A DNA stretch of 64,000 bases, taken from an uncultured Acidobacteriota bacterium (GTDB taxonomy: Bacteria > Acidobacteriota > Thermoanaerobaculia > Multivoradales > UBA5704). Of this stretch, positions 25,167 to 34,900 are shown piece by piece. Under the pieces are notes generated by a model. The model was not told the DNA's origin, did no database searches, and was given only the letters and a program-made list of their open reading frames with translations. The stretch covers positions 416,001 through 480,000 of the forward strand of contig CAVYRF010000001.1 in assembly GCA_963770895.1 (NCBI GenBank), written 5' to 3'. Both the position numbers and the translations under genes were made by a program. Numbering within the stretch: position 1 is the first letter of the stretch; every line of letters begins with the position of its first letter.

Positions 25167-26530
25167 GGGCCTCTGAATCTCCGGTTCCGGAGGACCTGTC
25201 GCCCGAGCAAGTGCATGGAGATCGTCTGCGGGTGGCGCTCCTCACGGTGGAGTACGGGCCCGACCTGAGCGGTGGCGTGGGCACCCACGCGCGCGAGATC
25301 GCCACCGGGCTGGCCCGGCAAGGGCACGAGGTGGACGTCCTGGCGCTCGGCTCGGGTGCGTCCGGCGCAGTGGCGGAAGATGGCGTCAACGTTCATCGGG
25401 TCTCCCCGGAAGGCGGGGCGGCGGGAGCCGCCCGGGTCTCAATGGCACGGGCGATCGATGTCTTCAACGCCGAGCTGCTGACGTATGGCCGCAAGCTGCT
25501 CACCTCGCGGGCGCATCGCCCCGACCTCCTGCAGTTCTACAACTGGCTGACCTTCCCGGCCGCCTGGCGGCTGGGAGAAGAGCTGGGAATCCCCGTGCTG
25601 GGGCGTTTCTCTTTTCTCTCCGAGCCGATCGAGCGCTTTTGGGGGCAGACCCCCGACCCCGAGATCGTGGAGCGCGAGCGGCAGGTGTTTCAGCAGCCGC
25701 TTCCCCTGATCGCGGTCAGCCGTTCGATGGCGGACCTGATCGCCAGGACCCATGGGGTCCCAGAGGCCCGGATGGACGTGATCCGCAACGGCATCGACGA
25801 GCGGTCGATCGCGCGCACCAGGCTCCCTGTCGCGGCCCGCGAGCGGCTGCGGCGCACCATCGCCAGGGAGGACGAGCCGATCCTTCTCTTCGCCGGGCGG
25901 CTCAATCCGCAGAAGGGGATCGCGCCGCTCCTGGAGTCGGCCGGCGAGGTGGTCGCCGCCGAGCCGCGGGCTCGCTACCTGATCGTCGGGGAGCCTGACT
26001 CGCGGGACTTCCGGCGGGCGATCGATGGGATGCTCGACCGGCGTTCGGGTCTGCGCGAACGGGTCACATTTCTCGGCAGGGTCCCGCGCAAGCAGCTCGA
26101 GATGCTCTATCAGGTCGCCGATATGGCGGTGATGCCGTCGATCTATGAGCCTTTCGGTTGGGTGGCCGTCGAGGCCATGGCGGCGGGCCTGCCTGTCGTG
26201 GCCACGCCGGCGGGGGGTACGGCGGAGATCGTCGTGCATCGTCACACCGGGCTTCTGGTTCCTGTCCGCGAGAGCGCCGCGGGCAGCCACACGCTGGATG
26301 CCGGCGAGCTCGCCGCGGCCCAGCTGGAGGTGTTGCGAGATCGGGACCTGGCGCGCCAGTTGGGGGAGGCGGGGCGCCGGCGCGTCCTGACGGAATTCAC
26401 CTGTGAGCGGATGGTCCAGGCGACGATCCGGACCTATCGCGCAGTGGTCGCCGAGGGTGGCGATCGCCGCCTGATGTCCATTCCACATGTCACTACGCCC
26501 ACCGACCGAGAACCCAGGACCCAGGCATGA
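25163..26530 (+). CDS. GT4-family glycosyltransferase
   Basis: EY.PDLSGGVGTH, VIRNGID, FAGRLNPQKG, E-x7-E motif PSIYEPFGWVAVEAMAAGLPVV. ATGA overlap with the upstream gene. Confidence 0.9.
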   Translation: MRASESPVPEDLSPEQVHGDRLRVALLTVEYGPDLSGGVGTHAREIATGLARQGHEVDVLALGSGASGAVAEDGVNVHRVSPEGGAAGAARVSMARAIDVFNAELLTYGRKLLTSRAHRPDLLQFYNWLTFPAAWRLGEELGIPVLGRFSFLSEPIERFWGQTPDPEIVERERQVFQQPLPLIAVSRSMADLIARTHGVPEARMDVIRNGIDERSIARTRLPVAARERLRRTIAREDEPILLFAGRLNPQKGIAPLLESAGEVVAAEPRARYLIVGEPDSRDFRRAIDGMLDRRSGLRERVTFLGRVPRKQLEMLYQVADMAVMPSIYEPFGWVAVEAMAAGLPVVATPAGGTAEIVVHRHTGLLVPVRESAAGSHTLDAGELAAAQLEVLRDRDLARQLGEAGRRRVLTEFTCERMVQATIRTYRAVVAEGGDRRLMSIPHVTTPTDREPRTQA

Positions 26531-28593
26531 TCATTGTTGGCTTTTCCGGAGGCCCGAACGCCATCCACGAGAAGATCTTCGAGGTCTTCCCCGCGGCCAT
26601 GCACGACTCGGCGGCGGTGCTTTTGCGTGACGGCGAGGTCGTGGCGGCCATCGAGCAGGAGCGCCTGGACCGGATCAAGCACTCCAACAAGGCGCCCCTG
26701 GATGCGATCCGCTTCTGCCTCGACTCGGCGGAGCTGCGCGTCGGGGACGTGGACCGCTGGGTTTTCTACGGTGAGCAGGCCTACTGGGACCGGCTGCTCC
26801 AGACCTATTACCTGGAGCACTTCGACGCGCCCCGGCTATTGGATGCCCGGACGTTTCTGCGCTCGATCCTGGCGCGGGAGCTGGGGGCGGAGATCCCCGC
26901 CGGGCAACCGCTGTTCGTCGGCCACCACCTGGCCCACGCGATGAGCGCGGCAGCCATGTCCGGCTTTGCGGAGAGCCTGGTGGTGACCCTCGACGGCGAG
27001 GGAGACCAGATCGCCGGCACCGTCTACACCGCCCTGGGCACCCAGCTCGAGCTTCTGGAAACCATTCCCGAGGAGCGCTCCCTGGGCTACTTCTACCTGC
27101 GGGTGATCAACTTCCTCGGCTTTCGCATGTTCGACGAATACAAGGTCATGGGGCTCGCTCCCTATGGCGATCCCGGGCGCTATGAAAAGCTTTTCAAGAG
27201 TCTCTACACGCTGGCGCCGGGGGGGCGGTATACCGTCGCCGCCAAGCCGGCGCCGAGGCTCTTCGAGATCGCGCCGCCGCGCCGTCCCGGGGAGCCGATC
27301 GCGCAGGTGCACATGGACATCGCCGCCGCCCTGCAGAGCTCGCTCGAGGAGATCGTCTTCCACGTGCTGCGCCACTACCGGGAGGCCGCCGGGCGGCGCC
27401 ATCTCTGTCTGGCCGGAGGGGTGGCCCACAACTGCACCTTGAACGGCAAGCTCCTGCGCTCGGGCCTCTTCGAAGATGTCTTCGTGCAGCCGGCTTCGCA
27501 CGACGCCGGCTGCGCGCTCGGCGCCGCCCTCACGGTGCACGCGCGGGAGACCGGCTGCAGGCCCGGGCGGCGTCTCTCCCACGTCTACTGGGGGAGCAAT
27601 CTGGGCGATGCCGCGAAGGTGGCGGACGAGCTGTCGCTGTGGGAACGCTTCCTCGCCATCGAGCGGGTTGCCGACGTGTGTGCCACGGCCGCCGAGCTCC
27701 TGGCGCGCGGCCTGGTCCTCGGGTGGGTGCAGGGGCGTTCGGAGTTCGGTCCCCGCGCCCTGGGCAACCGCAGCATCGTCGCGGACCCGCGGCCGGCGCG
27801 GAACAAGGATCTGATCAATGCCATGGTCAAGAAGCGGGAGGCCTTCCGGCCCTTCGCGCCGTCCGTGCTCGAGGAGCGAGCGCATGAGTTCTTCGAGCTG
27901 CCCGCGGGCGTCGATCGGCTCCCTTTCATGGTGTACACGGTCGGCGTGCGGGAGGAGAAGCGGGGGCTCCTCGGGGCCGTCACGCACGTCGACGGTTCGG
28001 CGCGCATCCAGACGGTGTCGCGGCACACCAACGAGCGCTACTGGCGGCTCATCGATGAGTTCGGCCGGCGGACCGGCGTGCCCGTGGTGCTCAACACATC
28101 GTTCAACAACAACGCGGAGCCGATCGTCGATTCGGTGCGCGACGCGGTGGCCTGCTTCCTGACCACCCAGCTCAATGGCCTGGTGGTGGGCGATTTCGTG
28201 ATTCACAAGCGGCAAGTCTCCCCGGTCGATTACCTGCGGCTGGTGCCGACGCTGCCGCGCCACGTCGAGGTTGCGGAGCACCGCGCCTACTCTCCCGAAT
28301 CCGGTTGGGAGAGCCGCTGCCGGATCGCGAGCAACGCCGCGGGGAGACAAGGTCAGGCGATCTCGAAACCGATGCACGACCTCCTCGCGAGGATCGACGG
28401 ACGATCCTCGTTGGAGAGCCTGCTGGCCGCGGATGGGCCTTTCAGCGGCCGCATGGAGGACCTGATCCAAGAGACCCTGGGTCTCTGGAGCAGCCGCCTG
28501 TTGGGTCTGGCTCCCGCCACCGTGGTGGGGACGGAGCAGGCCGCCGGGATGGCCGCGGTCGTGGGAGGTGAGCATGAACGTTGCCCTCCATGA
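26527..28593 (+). CDS. O-carbamoyltransferase (NodU/CmcH family) with C-terminal extension
   Basis: HDSAAVLL.DG, EQERLDRIKH, HHLAHA, LDGEG, EYKVMGLAPYG, LAGGVAHNC, GRSEFGPRALGNRSI, KKREAFRPFAP, LNTSFN. Confidence 0.95.
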   Translation: MIIVGFSGGPNAIHEKIFEVFPAAMHDSAAVLLRDGEVVAAIEQERLDRIKHSNKAPLDAIRFCLDSAELRVGDVDRWVFYGEQAYWDRLLQTYYLEHFDAPRLLDARTFLRSILARELGAEIPAGQPLFVGHHLAHAMSAAAMSGFAESLVVTLDGEGDQIAGTVYTALGTQLELLETIPEERSLGYFYLRVINFLGFRMFDEYKVMGLAPYGDPGRYEKLFKSLYTLAPGGRYTVAAKPAPRLFEIAPPRRPGEPIAQVHMDIAAALQSSLEEIVFHVLRHYREAAGRRHLCLAGGVAHNCTLNGKLLRSGLFEDVFVQPASHDAGCALGAALTVHARETGCRPGRRLSHVYWGSNLGDAAKVADELSLWERFLAIERVADVCATAAELLARGLVLGWVQGRSEFGPRALGNRSIVADPRPARNKDLINAMVKKREAFRPFAPSVLEERAHEFFELPAGVDRLPFMVYTVGVREEKRGLLGAVTHVDGSARIQTVSRHTNERYWRLIDEFGRRTGVPVVLNTSFNNNAEPIVDSVRDAVACFLTTQLNGLVVGDFVIHKRQVSPVDYLRLVPTLPRHVEVAEHRAYSPESGWESRCRIASNAAGRQGQAISKPMHDLLARIDGRSSLESLLAADGPFSGRMEDLIQETLGLWSSRLLGLAPATVVGTEQAAGMAAVVGGEHERCPP

Positions 28594-31500
28594 GCCTCGC
28601 AGTTTTCATGAGCTCCTGCGGGCGCGCGCCGCCGGCGACCCCGGCCGCTGGGCCTATTCGTTCCTGGCCGAGGGCGAAACGGAGTCGGCGCGGCTCACCT
28701 ACGGAGAGCTGGATGCACAGGCGCGCGCCATCGCCGTGCGGCTGCTCCAGGCAACTTCCCCAGGCGACCGGGCGCTGCTGCTCTATCCCCCGGGGCTGGA
28801 GTTCGTCGCCGCCTTCTTCGGCTGCCTCTACGCGGGGGTGGTGGCGGTGCCCGCCTATCCGCCGCGCTCCCACCGGCGTTCCGGCCGGTTGGCCGCCATC
28901 GTCCAGGATGCCCGCCCCGCGACCGTCCTCACCACCGCGGCTCTCGCCGCGCGCTGGGCGGCGGCGGAGGGGCGGCCGGCGGAGCTGCGGAGCCTGGGCT
29001 GGATCGCCACCGACGAGCTGCCCGCGGACCTGGCCGCCGGCTGGCGGGAGCCGCGGACCGGCCGCCCGTCCCTGGCCTTCCTGCAGTACACCTCGGGCTC
29101 GACCTCCACTCCCAAGGGGGTGATGGTGAGCCACGGCAACCTGCTCGCCAACCAGGAGATGATCCGGCTCGCTTTCGGGCAGTCGGAGGCTTCGGTGATC
29201 GTCGGCTGGCTACCCGTCTACCACGACATGGGGCTGATCGGTAACGTCCTGCAGCCGCTGTACGTGGGCGCTCCGTGCGTCCTGATGCCGCCGCTGGCGT
29301 TCCTGCAGAGCCCGGCGCGCTGGCTGCGGGCGGTGTCGCGGTATCGCGCCACCACCAGCGGCGGTCCCAGCTTCGCCTACGAGCTTTGCGCGCAGCGCGT
29401 CTCCGCGGAGGTCCGGCGGGACTTCGACCTGAGCTCCTGGCGGGTGGCCTTCAACGGCGCGGAGCCGGTGCGGGCGGACATCCTCGACCGCTTCGCCGAG
29501 GCCTTCGCTCCCTGCGGCTTCCAGCGGCAGGCCTTCTATCCGTGCTACGGCCTGGCGGAGGCGACGCTCTTCGTCAGCGGCGGCGAGATCCAGGCACCGC
29601 CCGTGGTGCGGGAGCGCGAGGGGCGCCCGCTGGTGGGCTGCGGGCGGTCCTGGGACGGGCAGCGGATCGTGGTGGTCTCCCCCGAGACGCTGGCGCCGTG
29701 CGGCGAGGCAGAGGTGGGGGAGATCTGGGTCGCCGGCCCCAGCGTGGCGCAGGGCTACTGGGGGCGCCCGGAAGCCAGCGGGGAGGCCTTCGGCGCCTGC
29801 CTGGCCGGCGGCGAGGGCCCCTTCCTGCGCACCGGGGACCTGGGCTTCCTGGCGGCCGGCGAGCTGTTCGTGACCGGACGTATCAAGGACCTCATCATCG
29901 TCCGCGGGCGCAACCACTACCCGCAGGACCTGGAGCTCACGGCCGAACGCAGCCTCCCCGGCCTGCGGCCGGGCGGCGGCGGCGCCTTCACGGCGGAGGT
30001 GGCAGGGGAGGAGCGCCTGGTGGTGGTCCACGAGGTAGAGCGGGGCGCCCACGTCGACCCGCTGGCGGCGTTGCAGGCCATCCGTGAGGCGATCGCCGAA
30101 GAGCACGACGTCCACGTGCACCGGGTGGTACTGATCCGGGCCGGCTCCCTGCCCAGGACCTCCAGCGGCAAGGTCCAGCGCTACGCCTGCCGGCAGGCCT
30201 TCCTGCACGGCGCTTTGGAGACCTTCGCCGATGCCGCGCCGGTGCCGGAGGGCGGGGCGCCGCAGCGCCGCGATCCGCTGGAGGAGCTGCTGCGGGATCG
30301 GATCGCCCGCGCCCTGCAGGTGGAGCCGTCCCAGGTCAGTCTCCAGCGCTCGCTGCCGTCCCTCGGCTTCGACTCGCTGATGGCGGCCAACCTGAAGGCC
30401 GAGCTGGAGGCCGAGCTGGGCGTCGCCGTGCCCCTGGTGCCGCTGCTCGAGGCCCGCGGCCTGACCGAGGTCGTCGACCTCCTGCGCGCCGAGGGCGCCG
30501 TGCCCGCGGCGGCGATCCCCCTCGCACCGGGGGCGGCCGCGGACAGCGGAGGCCTGCCCGCGTCCCACGGCCAGAAGGCCCTCTGGTACCTGCAGCGGCT
30601 GGCTCCCGAGAGCGCGGCCTACAACGTCGCCGCCGCGGCGGTCCTCGACGCCGAGCCGGATGCCGTCCTTCTGCAGCGGGCGTTGCGCGCCCTGGCGGAC
30701 CGCCACCAGGCCCTGCGCACGCTGTTCCCGAGCGAGCGCGGCGAGCCGGTCCAGCAGGTCCAGGCCACGCTGGAGCCGGACTGCGCCGCCGTGGACGCCC
30801 GCGGCTGGAGCGACGGCGAGCTGAGCGCCCGCATGGATGCCGAGGTGCTGCGCCCGTTCGTCCTGGACGCCGGGCCGCTGCTGCGCGTCCGGCTCTATCG
30901 CCGCCCCGCCGGCCGGCCGGTGCTGCTGCTGGTGGTCCACCACGTCGTGGCGGATTTCTGGTCGCTCTGCAACCTCGTGACCGAGCTGGGGCTCCTGCTC
31001 GGCGAGCTGGCGGGCGGCGAGCCTGCCGGCCTGGCGCCCCTGCCGCTGACCTACGGCGACTGGGCGCGGTGGCAGCAGCGAATGCTCGCCGAGCGCGGCG
31101 AGGAGCTGTGGGAGGGCTGGCGCCGGCGCCTGGCCGGGCTGTCCGCTCTCGCCCTCCCCGTCGACGAGCCCTCGCCCGCCGTGCAGAGCTTCCGCGGCGC
31201 GGGCCGCCGCCTGCATGTCGGCGGGGAGACCGCGGCGGCCGTGCGGTCGCTGGGGCGCGCACGCGGCGCCACGCTCTACATGACGCTCCTCGCCGCCTTG
31301 CAGACCGCCCTTCTCCGCTGGACCGGCCAGGAGGACGTCGCCGTGGGCTCGCCCTGCTCCGGGCGCGGCGACCGCCGGCTGTTCCCGCTCGTGGGGTACT
31401 TCGTCAACCTCCTCGTGCTGCGCTCCGATCTGAGCGGCGATCCCCCCTTCGGCGGGCTCCTGGAGAAGACCCGGCGGGTGGCGCTCGACGCCTTCGCCGG

Positions 31501-34500
31501 GCAGGAGTACCCGTTCGCCCTCCTCGCCGAACGGCTGCAGCCGGCCCGCGACGCCGGGCGCTCGACGCTGGTGCAGGTGAGCTTCAACTTCCTGCGCGGG
31601 ACGCCGCAGGGGCTGGAGGCGTTCGCCGTGGGGGCCGTCGGCGCGCGGGCGCGCGCCGGTTCCTGGACGCTGGAGGTGGCGCCGCTCGCGCCCCGCACGG
31701 CGCAGTTCGAGCTGGCGCTGGTGGCCGCGGAGGTGGAGGGCGGGCTGGCGCTCCTCCTCCAGTACGGCACCGACCGCTTCGACGGCGCCACGGCGGCGCG
31801 CCTGCTCGGCCATCTCGGCTCGCTGCTCGACGGCGTCGCCGCCGGCGCGGATACGCCGCTGAGCGAGCTGCCGCTGCTGACCGCGGCGGAGCGGGAGCAC
31901 CTGGTCGCGGAGCAGAGCCGCACCGCGGTGGAGGTGCCGCGGGGATTGTGCGCCCACGATCCATTCTTCGCCTGGGCCGGACGCGCGCCGGGCGCCACGG
32001 CGCTGATCCACGGCCGGGAGGCGGCTACGTACGAGGAGCTGGCCGGCCGCGCGGGCCGCCTGGCGTGGGTGCTGGCCCGCCACGGCGCGGCGCCGGGCGA
32101 GCCGGTGGGGATCTTCCTGGACCGCTCCATCGACATGGTGGTGGGGATGCTCGGCATCCTCGCGGCGGGCTGTGCCTACGTCCCCCTGGATCCCGACTAC
32201 CCGGAGGCGCGCAACGCCCACATCCTGCAGGACGCCGGGATCTGCCGGGTGGTCACCCGGCCCGCCCTGGCCGCGCGCCTGCCCGCCGGCGCCTGGCGGC
32301 CGGTCTTCCCTCCGGCGCCGGGCGAGGGTGGGCCGCCGCGGCCGGTGCCCGCCCGCGCCACGCCGGACCATCCCGCCTACGTGATCTACACCTCGGGATC
32401 GACGGGGCGGCCGAAGGGGGTCGTGGTGCCTCACTCGGCGGTGGTCAACTTCTTCAGCGGCATGGACGCCGTGGTGGGGTGCGGCCCCGGCGACACCCTG
32501 CTGGCGGTGACCAGCATCGCCTTCGACATTTCGGTGCTGGAGCTGCTCTGGACACTGGGGCGGGGGGCCCGGGTGGTCCTCTACGCGGAGGGGAGCCCGG
32601 TACCGGCGGCGCGCCGCACGGGCGCGGCGCGGCGGCCTCTCGATTGCAGCCTGTTCTATTTCGCCAGCAGCCAGGGGGAAGGGGAGCGGCGGAAGTATCG
32701 CCTCCTCCTGGAGGGGGCCCGCTTCGCGGACCGCGAAGGGCTGCGCGCCGTCTGGACCCCCGAGCGCCACTTCCACGCTTTCGGCGGCATCTTCCCCAAC
32801 CCCTCGGTGCTCGGCGGGGCCTTGGCGGCGATCACCGAGCGGGTCCAGATCCGCGCCGGCAGCGTCGTGCTGCCGCTGCACCATCCGATCCGGGTAGCCG
32901 AGGAGTGGTCGGTGGTCGACAACCTCTCCGGCGGGCGCGTGGGGCTGGCCTTCGCCTCCGGCTGGCACGCGGACGACTTCGTCTTCTCCCCGGACAGCTA
33001 TGCGGATCGGAAGGAGGTCCTCTATCGCGACCTGGAGACGGTGCGCCGCCTATGGCGGGGAGAGACGGTGCGGGTGCGCGGCGGGTCCGGTCAGGAGGTC
33101 CAGGTCGGTGTTTTCCCGCGGCCGCTCCAGGCGGAGCTGCCGGTATGGATCACCTCGGCGGGACAGCCCGAGACCTTCATCCGGGCGGGCGAGGTAGGCG
33201 CCCACGTCCTGACCCACCTGCTCGGGCAGAGCCCCGACGAGGTCGCCGCCAAGGTGCGGCTCTACCGCCAGGCGCGCGCGCAGCGGGGCCTGGCGCCGGA
33301 GGAGGGCCTGGTCACCCTGATGCTCCATACCTTCGTCGGGGCGGACCGCAGGGTGGTGCGGGACACGGTGCGCGGCCCTTTCATCGAGTACCTCCGCTCG
33401 TCCGTGGGGCTCATCCGCAACCTGGTCGCGAGCCTGGGGCTCCCCCTGCGGCTGGAGGAGATGAGCCCGCGCGACATGGACGACCTGCTGGCTTTCGCCT
33501 GCGACCGCTACCTCGAGACCAGCGGGCTGTTCGGCACGGTCGGCGAGTGCCTGGAGCGGCTGGAGGACCTGCGCGCCCTGGGAGTCGACGAGATCGCCTG
33601 CCTCATCGACTTCGGCGTGCCGGAGGAGCAGGTGCTGGCGAGCCTGCCGCGCCTGGCGGAGGTGGCGCGGCGGGCCAACGCCCCGCATCCTGCATGGGAC
33701 GAGGCGGCGGCGCCCGCCTCGCTGGCCGCGCTGACGGAGCTGCACCGGCCGACCCTCCTCCAGTGCACCCCCTCGCGGCTGCGGATGATGGCGCTGGAGA
33801 GCGGCTCCCTGCAGCCCCTGCTTCCCCTGCGCGCCCTCCTGCTGGGCGGCGAAGCCCTGCCGCCGGCCCTGGCCCGCCAGGTCAAGGACGCGCTGCCCGC
33901 GCGGTTGGTCAACGTCTACGGACCGACCGAGACCACGGTCTGGTCGGCGGCCCTGGAGGTCGCGGCTGCGGTCGGGTCGAGCGTCCCCATCGGCCGGCCG
34001 ATCGCCAACACCGAGATCCACGTCCTCGACCGGCGGCAGAATCTCGTCCCCCTGGGGGTGGTGGGGGAGGTCTGCATCGGCGGCCTCGGGGTGGCCCGCG
34101 GCTACCTGGGCCAGCCCCACCTGACGGCCGAGCGCTTCATTCCCGACCCCTTTGGGGAGCGGTCTGGGGGGCGCCTGTACCGGACCGGCGACCTGGGCGT
34201 CCAGCGGTCGGATGGCGCGCTGGAGCTGCGCGGGCGCGCCGACCGCCAGGTCAAGGTGCGGGGGGTGCGCATCGAGCTCGACGAGATCGAGGCGCACCTC
34301 TGCGAGCACCCCGCGGTGCGGGAGGCGGCGGTGGTGCTCTCCGGGCCCGCGGAAGAAGGGCGCCTGGCGGCCTACCTGGCGCTGCGCGAGGGGGATGGGG
34401 CGGCCGCGGAAGAGCTCCGTGCCTTCCTCCAGGAGCGGGTGACCGAGGCCATGGTCCCCTCGTTCTTCGTCGCCCTGGAGAGCCTGCCGCGGACCCCCAA

Positions 34501-34900
34501 CGGCAAGCTCGACCGCCGCGGCCTGCCGGCCGCCGCGGGCGGGCTGCCGCAGCGGTCCACGTTCGTGGCCCCGCGCAACCCGTTCGAGCGGCAGATCGCG
34601 GAGATCTGGTGCGACGTCCTGGGGGTCGAGCGGGTCGGAGTGGACGACAACTTCTTCGCCCTGGGCGGGCACTCGCTGCTGATGGCCCAGGTGCACGGCC
34701 GCCTGCGCGAAGTGCTTGCCGACGAGCTGCCGCTGGTCAAGCTGCTGGAGCACCCCACCATCGCTTCCCTGGCCCGCTATCTGCGGCAGGAGGAGCCGGC
34801 CGGCGCCGCGCTCGACGAGAGCCGCGAGCGCGCCCGGCGGCAGCAGGAGGGGCGCCGGCGCCTGCAACGGCGGGCGGTGGAGAAGGTACAGACGCCATGA
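28574..34900 (+). CDS. NRPS initiation protein: FAAL-ACP-C-A(Gly)[LLM monooxygenase insert]-PCP
   Basis: FAAL FLQYTSGSTSTPKG, WLPVYHDMGLIG; ACP LGFDSL; C HHVVADFWS; A YTSGSTGRPKG...FDISVLEL; luciferase-like WTPERHFHAFGG...PIRVAEEWSVVDNLSGGR (~32635-33680); NVYGPTETTVW; PCP LGGHSL. GGAGG 5 nt before ATG 28574. Confidence 0.93.
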   Translation: MNVALHEPRSFHELLRARAAGDPGRWAYSFLAEGETESARLTYGELDAQARAIAVRLLQATSPGDRALLLYPPGLEFVAAFFGCLYAGVVAVPAYPPRSHRRSGRLAAIVQDARPATVLTTAALAARWAAAEGRPAELRSLGWIATDELPADLAAGWREPRTGRPSLAFLQYTSGSTSTPKGVMVSHGNLLANQEMIRLAFGQSEASVIVGWLPVYHDMGLIGNVLQPLYVGAPCVLMPPLAFLQSPARWLRAVSRYRATTSGGPSFAYELCAQRVSAEVRRDFDLSSWRVAFNGAEPVRADILDRFAEAFAPCGFQRQAFYPCYGLAEATLFVSGGEIQAPPVVREREGRPLVGCGRSWDGQRIVVVSPETLAPCGEAEVGEIWVAGPSVAQGYWGRPEASGEAFGACLAGGEGPFLRTGDLGFLAAGELFVTGRIKDLIIVRGRNHYPQDLELTAERSLPGLRPGGGGAFTAEVAGEERLVVVHEVERGAHVDPLAALQAIREAIAEEHDVHVHRVVLIRAGSLPRTSSGKVQRYACRQAFLHGALETFADAAPVPEGGAPQRRDPLEELLRDRIARALQVEPSQVSLQRSLPSLGFDSLMAANLKAELEAELGVAVPLVPLLEARGLTEVVDLLRAEGAVPAAAIPLAPGAAADSGGLPASHGQKALWYLQRLAPESAAYNVAAAAVLDAEPDAVLLQRALRALADRHQALRTLFPSERGEPVQQVQATLEPDCAAVDARGWSDGELSARMDAEVLRPFVLDAGPLLRVRLYRRPAGRPVLLLVVHHVVADFWSLCNLVTELGLLLGELAGGEPAGLAPLPLTYGDWARWQQRMLAERGEELWEGWRRRLAGLSALALPVDEPSPAVQSFRGAGRRLHVGGETAAAVRSLGRARGATLYMTLLAALQTALLRWTGQEDVAVGSPCSGRGDRRLFPLVGYFVNLLVLRSDLSGDPPFGGLLEKTRRVALDAFAGQEYPFALLAERLQPARDAGRSTLVQVSFNFLRGTPQGLEAFAVGAVGARARAGSWTLEVAPLAPRTAQFELALVAAEVEGGLALLLQYGTDRFDGATAARLLGHLGSLLDGVAAGADTPLSELPLLTAAEREHLVAEQSRTAVEVPRGLCAHDPFFAWAGRAPGATALIHGREAATYEELAGRAGRLAWVLARHGAAPGEPVGIFLDRSIDMVVGMLGILAAGCAYVPLDPDYPEARNAHILQDAGICRVVTRPALAARLPAGAWRPVFPPAPGEGGPPRPVPARATPDHPAYVIYTSGSTGRPKGVVVPHSAVVNFFSGMDAVVGCGPGDTLLAVTSIAFDISVLELLWTLGRGARVVLYAEGSPVPAARRTGAARRPLDCSLFYFASSQGEGERRKYRLLLEGARFADREGLRAVWTPERHFHAFGGIFPNPSVLGGALAAITERVQIRAGSVVLPLHHPIRVAEEWSVVDNLSGGRVGLAFASGWHADDFVFSPDSYADRKEVLYRDLETVRRLWRGETVRVRGGSGQEVQVGVFPRPLQAELPVWITSAGQPETFIRAGEVGAHVLTHLLGQSPDEVAAKVRLYRQARAQRGLAPEEGLVTLMLHTFVGADRRVVRDTVRGPFIEYLRSSVGLIRNLVASLGLPLRLEEMSPRDMDDLLAFACDRYLETSGLFGTVGECLERLEDLRALGVDEIACLIDFGVPEEQVLASLPRLAEVARRANAPHPAWDEAAAPASLAALTELHRPTLLQCTPSRLRMMALESGSLQPLLPLRALLLGGEALPPALARQVKDALPARLVNVYGPTETTVWSAALEVAAAVGSSVPIGRPIANTEIHVLDRRQNLVPLGVVGEVCIGGLGVARGYLGQPHLTAERFIPDPFGERSGGRLYRTGDLGVQRSDGALELRGRADRQVKVRGVRIELDEIEAHLCEHPAVREAAVVLSGPAEEGRLAAYLALREGDGAAAEELRAFLQERVTEAMVPSFFVALESLPRTPNGKLDRRGLPAAAGGLPQRSTFVAPRNPFERQIAEIWCDVLGVERVGVDDNFFALGGHSLLMAQVHGRLREVLADELPLVKLLEHPTIASLARYLRQEEPAGAALDESRERARRQQEGRRRLQRRAVEKVQTP

